Below, piece after piece: positions 51,501 to 59,304 of a stretch of 64,000 nt of DNA. Under the pieces are notes generated by a model. That model saw nothing but the letters and a program-made list of their open reading frames with translations, was not told the DNA's origin and made no database searches. Origin of the DNA: Eledone cirrhosa (Eukaryota); assembly GCA_964016885.1 (NCBI GenBank), contig OZ024743.1, positions 219,046,001 through 219,110,000 of the forward strand. Direction: 5' to 3'. Every line of letters starts with the position of its first letter. The first letter of the stretch is position 1. Made by a program: the position numbers and the translations under genes.

Positions 51501-51808
51501 GATGGATTTCTTTATAGTTTTGGTATACCAAATTCACAAATTAATATAGTAATACATGTCCAACTCATGCCATTATAGAAAACAAACATAAAACAATGGT
51601 GATGATGATGCAGAAAACCAAAATTGAATATTAAACAATACCTTTGGACTGCTTTGTGAGCTTTCCTTGCAGATTGTACAATAAAAGCCTTTGGATTTTT
51701 TTGCTGAGAAGATCGATTATCTTCTAGCTTCAACTTTGCCTTCTTTTTTTCAGCTTTTACTCCACGTTGTCGCTTGTGATGTTTCTTTTTCACCTCATCT
51801 AACTCCAT
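23326..51808 (-). CDS. BMS1: Ribosome biogenesis GTPase BMS1 homolog, complete spliced CDS (24 coding exons, ~1118 aa)
   Basis: Exons in transcription order: 51642-51808, 50254-50444, 49130-49209, 48398-48586, 47051-47193, 46645-46766, 45003-45217, 43904-44019, 42913-43003, 41685-41732, 39139-39301, 38587-38688, 37570-37733, 35360-35441, 34502-34606, 34032-34168, 32614-32802, 31776-31956, 31339-31397, 30310-30432, 26199-26346, 24414-24589, 23650-23802, 23326-23538. Splice phases are compatible and the total is 3357 nt. BMS1 motifs: [16 protein letters not shown]-loop, [103 protein letters not shown]. Confidence 0.96.
23650..23802 (-). CDS. BMS1: BMS1 exon
   Basis: KVERK...LKQALPFK...[10 protein letters not shown]. 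Confidence 0.9.
23862..24080. mobile_element. piggyBac-type MITE (related copies ~22340-22560, 33039-33232, 41371-41565)
   Basis: TTAA|CCCTTTA...TAAAGGG|TTAA termini; four related copies in the window. Confidence 0.8.
24414..24589 (-). CDS. BMS1: BMS1 exon
   Basis: [25 protein letters not shown]...[11 protein letters not shown]...DSAYK. Confidence 0.95.
26199..26346 (-). CDS. BMS1: BMS1 exon
   Basis: [30 protein letters not shown]...[11 protein letters not shown]. Confidence 0.95.
26584..29430 (+). mobile_element. RTE-clade LINE, 5'-truncated, in a BMS1 intron (antisense): APE endonuclease + RT + PHD-like finger
   Basis: [17 protein letters not shown]; RT motifs [39 protein letters not shown]; [17 protein letters not shown]; (GAT)n tail; frameshifts near 26960-27070 and 29090. 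Confidence 0.95.
30310..30432 (-). CDS. BMS1: BMS1 exon
   Basis: [11 protein letters not shown]...[22 protein letters not shown]. Confidence 0.95.
30757..31092 (+). mobile_element. tRNA-derived SINE with RTE-derived 3' tail (copies also ~40125-40555, 63018-63320, 29955-30130)
   Basis: A/B-box-like GGCTTAGTGGTTAGAGC...GAGTTCAATTC head; tail cccgtcccacccttgcaagcagggaaaa..gtaaaatgatgat matches the RTE 3' end. Confidence 0.85.
31339..31397 (-). CDS. BMS1: BMS1 exon
   Basis: [20 protein letters not shown]. Confidence 0.9.
31776..31956 (-). CDS. BMS1: BMS1 exon
   Basis: [29 protein letters not shown]...[12 protein letters not shown]. Confidence 0.95.
32189..32378. mobile_element. Mariner/Tc1-like MITE (copies ~38951-39113, 44120-44320, 62372-62555, 62596-62795)
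   Basis: TA-YGAGGG..CAGCTGAAAAGTTCATAG TIR and its inverse; shared ~200-bp body. Confidence 0.75.
32614..32802 (-). CDS. BMS1: BMS1 exon
   Basis: LNKEEF...[17 protein letters not shown]...[11 protein letters not shown]. Confidence 0.95.
34032..34168 (-). CDS. BMS1: BMS1 exon
   Basis: [19 protein letters not shown]...[14 protein letters not shown]. Confidence 0.92.
34502..34606 (-). CDS. BMS1: BMS1 exon
   Basis: [13 protein letters not shown]. Confidence 0.92.
35360..35441 (-). CDS. BMS1: BMS1 exon
   Basis: [13 protein letters not shown]...LLEED. Confidence 0.92.
35495..35715. repeat. Palindrome with ~100-bp arms in a BMS1 intron
   Basis: ataatacaaggacgatt..gttaagccttcattacgtttattggttggtgacgtg / cacgtcaccaaccaataaacgtaatgaaggcttaac..aatcgtccttgtattat. 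Confidence 0.85.
35725..35946 (+). mobile_element. tRNA-derived SINE family (copies ~15175-15390, 15513-15725, 19045-19165, 31990-32170, 39335-39515, 48890-49090, 49485-49630, 49810-50120, 53305-53495)
   Basis: GGATTGGCAGTATCGGTAGAGC...GAGTTCAAATCCC head; conserved GCCTTTCATCC..GGGGTCGATAAAATAAAGTACCAG body; (ATT)n tail. Confidence 0.85.
36500..37225 (-). mobile_element. CR1/L2-group LINE 3' fragment
   Basis: [49 protein letters not shown]; (ATT)n tail. Confidence 0.9.
37570..37733 (-). CDS. BMS1: BMS1 exon
   Basis: [11 protein letters not shown]...IDCSK...QDWSLNE. Confidence 0.88.
38587..38688 (-). CDS. BMS1: BMS1 exon
   Basis: [16 protein letters not shown]...NFRKLIYGD. Confidence 0.9.
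39139..39301 (-). CDS. BMS1: BMS1 acidic-region exon
   Basis: [36 protein letters not shown]... Confidence 0.8.
39609..39654 (-). ncRNA. Degenerate hammerhead motif (GAAA changed to AAAA)
   Basis: CUGAUGA-GGAUC(caauua)GAUCC-AAAA-AUCGAU-UA. Confidence 0.5.
41685..41732 (-). CDS. BMS1: BMS1 48-nt exon with GC donor
   Basis: ttttgtag|[16 protein letters not shown]|GCAAGT; phase 0 on both sides. Confidence 0.7.
42480..42885 (+). mobile_element. RTE-clade LINE 3' fragment
   Basis: [44 protein letters not shown]. Confidence 0.75.
42913..43003 (-). CDS. BMS1: BMS1 acidic-region exon
   Basis: [30 protein letters not shown]; AG/GTAAG. Confidence 0.8.
43618..43813. mobile_element. pogo/Tigger-like MITE (related: ~6847-7102, 33697-34024, 46880-46960, 59566-59756)
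   Basis: TA-CCGTATATACTC..TATAAGCC TIR and inverse GGTTATATTC..TATGG-TA. Confidence 0.6.
43904..44019 (-). CDS. BMS1: BMS1 exon
   Basis: [27 protein letters not shown]; canonical splice sites, phase fits. Confidence 0.85.
45003..45217 (-). CDS. BMS1: BMS1 exon
   Basis: [19 protein letters not shown]...[21 protein letters not shown]. Confidence 0.95.
45341..46437 (+). mobile_element. Internally deleted piggyBac transposon with transposase remnant
   Basis: TTAA|CCC...GGG|TTAA; acidic N-terminus [13 protein letters not shown]; GP..LP....LDYFFLF; EMQAF; [22 protein letters not shown] (PGBD-type transposase motifs). Confidence 0.85.
46645..46766 (-). CDS. BMS1: BMS1 exon
   Basis: [32 protein letters not shown]...IHIPG. 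Confidence 0.95.
47051..47193 (-). CDS. BMS1: BMS1 exon
   Basis: GAKLFYLSG...[29 protein letters not shown]. Confidence 0.95.
48398..48586 (-). CDS. BMS1: BMS1 exon (G domain)
   Basis: [38 protein letters not shown]...RFWTEIYQ. Confidence 0.95.
49130..49209 (-). CDS. BMS1: BMS1 exon
   Basis: [27 protein letters not shown]. Confidence 0.93.
50254..50444 (-). CDS. BMS1: BMS1 exon (P-loop)
   Basis: [34 protein letters not shown]; canonical AG/GT. Confidence 0.95.
51642..51808 (-). CDS. BMS1: BMS1 first coding exon
   Basis: [16 protein letters not shown]...[14 protein letters not shown]; acceptor ttag at 51827-51830, donor AG|GTATTG. Confidence 0.9.
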
Positions 51809-52384
51809 ATTTTTTCACTTCAAAACCTAAAACAAATGTTTAAATTATTACAACCTATACAAGTATAAGAACTGGTATATTTCTTGTTAACAAATAAATT
51901 TACAGAGAGCCTATTTCTCAGTTTTTGCTAAATGGATAAAAAATACTCATCATCCTTTAATATTTTTCAAGTCTATATTCCCATGTTAGTATAAATTACA
52001 TCTACATGTCCTCATAGTGAGACTGGTGGCATGAATTTATCCTTAGAGTGAAGATTTTGCCCGAATGTAGACTACTAAGGACCAGGTGGTGGTGCTAAAT
52101 AAGATAGATTAAGTCTACCATCCAGGAGCAGAAACAGTTTCTCCAAATGACTTCCACACTTTCCATCTACCAAATTATGCTAACAAGGCTTCAATTGAAC
52201 CAAGGCTATGGTAGAATAAACCAAACCAGATGTGACACAGTAGAATTGAACTCAGCACCACATAGTTCTGCAGCAGACTGCTTAACCACAGAACCTCACC
52301 CGTACTTTTCTTAGTGTGAGCTAACTTTTCGGCTGTAAGTTGATATAAGTAATATGCCTTCATTAAGTGCTTAATTAGACAGTT

Positions 52385-53080
52385 TGCCTTCTTCGGCCTG
52401 GCAGGCAGCAGTGTCTGGGTTGGTAGCTGAAAGCACCAGGTAGGCACGAGAGAAGGTGTGACAAGGTGTAGCATCCCAGATGAGAGGCCTATCCCAACAG
52501 AAAAGGAAGATTGTCATGCCAGCTGGCCTTTTGTCATCACTTCGGTCCAGCCCCGTTAGCTTGAGCTAGGAAATGAAGCCTGCGCCATCCAGGGCTTGCT
52601 TTCTGATCTCGTTGAGAGCAGCATGGCATGTGAAGCAGCCATCACTGTAATGGCATGACAGTGGGTGGAGACTGAAACGATCCAGTGGAACTGCACCAGC
52701 ATTGGTGAGGCCGAGCCTCAGAGAAACACTAATGCATAGGCAGTCACTGTCCAACTGAGTTCCAGTCACAAGTGATGGAACTGTGTTTAGCCAAGCACCA
52801 CAGTGGGGTTGGGAGGCTGAGTTGAAAACATGCCGGACGGTGGTAGTCGGGCCAGCGTACCAGCCTGTTTGAGGTCATGCTGCACTGGATGGCATCCCAT
52901 TTGTTTTGGGGGGACTGAACATCAATGCATAGGCCACCTCACATTCCCCGATCACAGTAGGTTCCGTTGTGTTGTAGAGAAACCTGTTGATGAGGAAATC
53001 GCAAGAGGTCGCCGATGAAAGGAGAGCAGGCAGAGCCAGTGAGATTGGAGACCAAGGCCGCCATATCTGAGGGGTAAAAA
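52385..53080 (-). mobile_element. CRE-like non-LTR retrotransposon remnant (restriction-like endonuclease region)
   Basis: GAWL..P..GTQLD...VSLRLG; HPLSC..G...HAALNE; GLDRSDDKRPAGMTI...LIWDAT. Confidence 0.7.
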
Positions 53081-54180
53081 TCTGAACTTAAAAGTTGTGG
53101 CTATATTGATCTATAATCAGGAGTTCAAATCTTGCAGAAGTTAAAAACGTCAAAAATGTGTTGCATTTAACTATATAATTAATTGATTCTAATAAAAATA
53201 AAAACCATAAAGCTACATATTATCGATATAAGTAATTCTGTGAGTAAAATAACCATCCGAATGAAGTAAACACGTTCTACATCTACTTAATATTGACTTC
53301 TGATTTAGGCACAAGGCCAGCAATTTGGGGGGAAAGGAGTGTCGATTAAATTGGCCCCAATACATTACTGGTACTTTATTTATCGACTCCGTAAGGATGA
53401 AAGGCAAAGCTAACCTCGGAGTAACTTGAACTCAGAATGTAAAGGGCCGTAACTAAATGTCCGATGCTCTACTGATACTGCCAATCCATCGCCCTTGTGA
53501 TCAAAATAGTGGATGGACAGCAAGTTTTCCGAAGCTTATAAAAGACGGGTGATGTATAGCTAGGACTTCGGTTAAACATTAGTCATATAAAAAGAAAAGA
53601 CAGTATGTCTGAGGAAAATATCAAGATGGTCATGGATGGAACACCTTTGATCAATTAACTAAAAGTTGTTTTTTTTAATGTGAATAATGAGTCGATCAAT
53701 CGTTCCTTTATCTTCCTTTAATATTTCTTAATATTTTGTCAATCTGACAAAATGTTGAGTACTTTATACCACACAGAGAATCGGTGTTGGTTCACCACAA
53801 AATTATACACGTGGACCAACCCAAACATGTGTATACACCAAAGTCGATAAATTAAGGCTCTTGAGTGTTGGGTTTTTTATTCAGCAAAGCAGGAAATGAT
53901 CAGTATTAAAAATATATCCATTTTAACTACATCGGAATAATTATTTTTATTCTTTATCTAATAGGAATTTGTAAAACCTTTTCAACACGCACATGTGTAT
54001 ATATTTCACATGTTGAGATATAGATCACTAATATAGGGTGATTAATATATTGTAACACATTGTATTAACCACATAAGTCATAGCATTAGAATTGTCACAA
54101 AAAATAGTAGAAACAGTTTCACAATTAAATAATTAAAAACATGAGAAAACCTTGAAATAAAAGATAATGTTTTTCTTCGA

Positions 54181-54800
54181 CTTACCAAGACGGAAGTCTT
54201 GTCCTGCTAGTCATGAACACTGCGCATGCGTCTATTGCCAAAACCTAGTTCTACACATTGTTTACATTTTACGACAGTATACCCGGGTGATTTTCTTAGG
54301 TTACCTGCATTATATGAGCCTAATTAATAATATATAGACGATTGATTATTATAGATACACACTAATTTAATAACTGAAACACGCAGATTGCAAACGTTTA
54401 AAATGGAAACAAATACAAAATTTGGGGAGATTTATAATCAGTAATGCTATTTATTATTCTTAAAGTATTTGACTTCATAAGTTATTTCAGTATATTTCCT
54501 TATCAATCTATAATTAGAATTGATCGTTAAAAAGTTAGACATGTTTGGAATGTAGAAATACAATATGTTTATTTGAACAACTCCCTCTATGATAGTTCAT
54601 TGAGTTTTAAATGTTTCATTTATTTGAGTTTTATTATAAATATTGATACAAATAAAAACTAAATTTAACTTTAATGGGAAAGTAATGTTAAGTTAATATT
54701 TATACAATGTTGTAGGTCACGTGTGTTGCTAGACTTGCAGGCAACGGTTTATGACAGTGTCCGCGTGGAGCCTCGGTACTTGAGGCAGATGGCATAACTT
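54181..54800. promoter_or_regulatory. Putative bidirectional promoter BMS1/GPR180 with BMS1 non-coding first exon
   Basis: Minus-strand donor G|GTAAG at 54181-54186; ETS-like CGGAAGT 54191-54197; NRF1-like TGCGCATGCG 54221-54230; E-box GTCACGTG 54716-54723; lies between the two divergent start codons. Confidence 0.55.
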
Positions 54801-54967
54801 TCTGAAACTCCTTTTTTAATTATAACATCCTACTGGGACGTCTTCCTTTCGCCTTTGACATTTTATTTCTCCAGCTCCAACTTCTGCTGACAACTAGCCA
54901 TTGTATTTTATCAATACTAAATCTATGGAAATCACGTAAAATCGGTCAGGTTTGACAACATTTAGAA

Positions 54968-55136
54968 ATGACCGGCCTCCAGTTGTCAACTATATATTCT
55001 CAATATTTTCTTTTAACAATTATTCTAAATGTATTTTATTATCCATCTTGTGAATGCAAGACTATCAAAGGCGTACTCAGGACAGATGAAGCCCAGGGGG
55101 ATTTCGGACAATATCTCACAGCTTTTAGTTTTCATG
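54968..55136 (+). CDS. GPR180: GPR180 first coding exon
   Basis: MTGLQLSTIYSQYFLLTIILNVFYYPSCECKTIKG...FSFHG; donor G|GTTGGT. Confidence 0.82.
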
Positions 55137-58100
55137 GTTGGTGTTTTGCTTTTATTTATTCCAAAAATCTATTATTTTCATTACACTTTCTCTCTGTCAC
55201 ACGCACACACTTTCTCTCTCTATCTCATACACACACACTCTCTCTCTATCTCGTACACACACACACTCTCTTTCACGCAAATAAACCTGTGTGAATATTC
55301 AAGTTGACAAACTGGCTTACCTATTATAGCACGATAAATCAGTGTCAAGAAATATATATGTATTGTGTTTCAAGTAGTCTAACAATAACTTTAACATTCG
55401 ATATAAGTGACAGATATCCTCAACACAATAGATGATTTGTTTAAAAGTGTATTTGTGGATTTTCAGTGTAAAACTAAAAGTCATTAATGTTTTGGGTCAG
55501 TTATTTTAAGCATAACAATTTTAATATCACTTCACGTTTATTGGCACTACCATGCTATTAGCTGTCAGAAGTGAAAGTTTCGTCAACCTTCTCAATCGTA
55601 AACATCGTTTATTTCCGTAATACCACGCGTTATTTTAATAAAGCATATCGATGTAAGTGAAGTTACTTAAATGAAAATATAGGTGGCCCTTAAAATTTAA
55701 GTTAATTAGAAAACAAGTCATGGTTATCAAATAAATTGGATTTAATCATTTATATTTGATAATCATATTTGTTTTCTATATTTTCATTTAAGTTAACTCC
55801 ACTGTTGGTGAAAATGACTTGTTTTCTACATTGATAACCATGACTATGAAAATATAGTTCATGGTATTAGCTGTCAGAAGTAACTCCACTGTTGGTGAAA
55901 ATGCCTTGTTTTCTACATTGATAACCATGACTATGAAAATATAAATGATTAAATCCAATTTATTTGATAACCATGACTTGTTTTCTAATTAACTTAAATT
56001 TGTTTTCTAATTTGGCCCTTTTAAGGGCCACCTATATTTTCATTTAAGTAACTCCACTTACATCGATATGCTTTATTAAAATAACGCGTGGTAATACAGA
56101 AATAAACGATGTTTACGATTGAGAAGGTTGACGAAACTTTCACTTCTGACAGCTAATAGCATGGTAGTGCTCGTTTATTTCTTCAGCCCCTATCACTTAA
56201 TTACTTTATGCCATTGTATTTTACCATTTCCAAATCTATGACAGTCAGGTAAAATCTGTTGAACTTAACAATATTTAGACATGACCGGCTTCCAGTTGTC
56301 AAGTATCTATTCTGATTGTAGTTTCTTATATAAACACGATTCTTGATATTTCGGATTAAAAAAAAACATAACATATTTAATTCGGTTGTTATTGGTCAAA
56401 AGAATTCTAGTCATAAGAACCTTAACTTTTTGTATGTTTATGTCTACATTGTCCAATGTGTCGTTTTTTTTTAATCTAAAACGGCAAGGTGGGATCTATT
56501 TCTAACCGATTGAGCAACCACATAAAGATTCTTTTTTAGCACATTTACCATTAGAACAATTAAGTGTTAACATCCTATGCTACGTGAAACCGCCTAAACA
56601 AGACATTCTTGAACGGTACAAAACATCACATTAAAAATTAACGTCTACAAGTTTTCACAACGATCTGTCCATTAGTAAAAATGCTATAAACATTTGAAAC
56701 AACAAACCTATTGTAAAAGATATTTTCTGCTAAATCATTACAAGGATGCTCTGATAAGTGTTTATCAAAAACTTGATGTAGCACCATAGCTATGATAGGG
56801 CTCACATATTACTTCTGCTATCAGCTCCTATAGCTTTGGTAGCAATATAAACGAATCATCATTCATTTCTATCAGTTTATTTTGTTAATCGATCGCCAAG
56901 TTTAGCACCACCAATTGGCCCTTTAGTGGAACCCAAATTGTTGCAAGCATTCTGGACAGATTTCCTCCCTGAAAAGGGTTACGGCCAGTACCCTTCCCTC
57001 CCTGATTAAACAGTAAGAAAAAAACAAAAAGAAAAGGACAATCAGAGTGCAATAACTAATAATTCTTCAAAACGTTTACAGAACATAGAAACGCTAGAAT
57101 TTTGTGGATATACACAACATGGTTGCTTCTAAGCTGTCCAAACTTTTTTCTCAATAGTACCAAAAACTTTATTTTAAAAGTACTAAAATATACAAAAACC
57201 TATCAAATCCAATTACCCCCTTTCATACACCTCCCACGCCCTAACACTCCACTCTTGACCAGCTAAGTGCCCCACCTAGGCCTACATCTCCAATCCTCAC
57301 CTTACATACACACACTACTACCACCCCCTCTCCACACTGTAAAGTAGTCGTTTTGGTGCCATGACAAAAAGTGCCCAGTTCACACTGTAAAGTGGTCGTG
57401 TTGGTGACACCATAAAAAGCATCCAGTCTACACTGTAAATATGGTTGGTGTTAGGCCATCCAGCTATAGAAACCAAACCAGAAACAGTTCTGTATAAGCA
57501 AGACATACTCATTTGATCTGACTTATCTCACGTGACAACTCGTCTAATCCATGCTAACATGAAACAACAGCAGACACTTTGAACCTAGCATGGCTTTAAA
57601 TGTTGATATTTTTAAAGCATTGCGATTTTGTGTTTTTATGTTGCTGAGAAGGGACAAAACACCTTCTGCAACTGCTGAAGAATGTAACAATGAAAGAAGT
57701 TGCATCATAGACTTAGATAGTAACGGGTAGCGATATATGTCACCACATTTTTCTTGAGAAACAAGAAACCACTATTTCTCAGGCTCATATTGTGCTTTAA
57801 AAGATGCATCTTGCAGAGTAAACTCCTTCCATTCTCTATTTGTTGGTATGATCGATTTTAGTTTACCCTCAATAACATTGGTCAGGTCTAAAGCTATTAG
57901 AACAAGTTACTTGTGGGTAGAAATGTCCATGTTTCATCTACAATAAGGGAGAACTTTGCTGAATTTACCTTAGACAATAAATCATTGAAAGCATGGAGAC
58001 TGATCACATTTGGAAAAATGCAAGTACCTTTAGTTTTTGTGCACGTGATGTCTTTGGTGATATTTGAATCAGAGCATACGTTGGCAATAAGGCCAGACAA

Positions 58101-59270
58101 ATGATCCAAAATAGCAATGGGTAGGTAGGTTATACTCAACAATAAATCTGCAGTTTCAGCTCAGCTGATGTTGTTTTCATTAAGAGAGCAGATCATTGAG
58201 CAGACTTTATAAAATCTGTCTCCTTCACTATTTATTTTGCAACATTCACATTCTTTTAGTGTTTTTCTGTCTCTTCATGCCTTACTACTTGACTTAAGCT
58301 ACAAGCTATTGCACAATTTAGAATAACCTTTACTAATGTTCTTTTTACTTAATTCATACCATGATGAAAATTTCTCATTCTTAAATAATTTTGACATTAC
58401 TTTTCTTTCATACAATTTTAATTTTTTTCTTCTCATTACAAACAGAATGATATTCTATATTCACTTTTTTTCCACTCTTCATGGGTTCAAAACAGTTCAG
58501 ATATTGAAAGATGACACCACTGTGACAACTTCTTAGACTGAACTGATATGGTTGTCTTAATCTATCTATATTTAGATGTCCTTGTGTATTGTCCAAATAG
58601 GACCAAATTTGTACGAGCATACCATTTTCAGCAGTGCTGGTTCTAAGTTGTTATTTGGTCTCAAATCACACATTGTCATAAAATATGACACATATGTAGT
58701 CCTGGATACACTGGTGATGATGGCAATGACTTTGATATGAAGATACCAAAAGGTCAGTTCCCTCTCCTTGCATGCACCCTGATGAATGATGTGACCAATC
58801 CGCCCACTGCAGCCGCAGGGAAATATCTGTATTGTGCTTGGCTTCACCCTGACACAGCCCTTCCACCAGGCTCTCCTCTCCTCCAAGCTGACATCACAGT
58901 TAGCCATAAATGAGCTTGTAGCCTACTGGACGGTGTGGCACCAATCATCACGGTCACTAACCTGAGTTGTCCACTGGTGGAGGTTAATGTTACATTCATG
59001 TAGGGTCTTTTTTAGAGTGTCTTTGTACTGCTACCTACCTCCGTTTTCCAGGGAAAATGTCAATTGTGAGCATGTTGGAGGTCAGATTAGTTATCACACT
59101 ATAAAACTGAGGGGGGGGGGGGATTTCCCATTGAAATCAAGAGAAGTGTTCTATAAATTTACCAGATGTATATCATCATCATCCTCGATTAACATCTATC
59201 TTCTACGCTAGCATGGGTTAGAAGGGTTTGTCCCATTTATGGGCAAGTTGGGTCGGGTGACTGTGTCTCA

Positions 59271-59304
<34 letters not shown>

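Noticed and set aside
23326-51808. Intronic snoRNAs in BMS1
   Set aside because: No convincing C/D or H/ACA box pair with terminal stem seen by eye; needs snoscan/Infernal.
56115-56145. UUGAGAA...GAAA hammerhead-like string in the foldback element
   Set aside because: No credible stems I or III; the element has a DNA-transposon structure.
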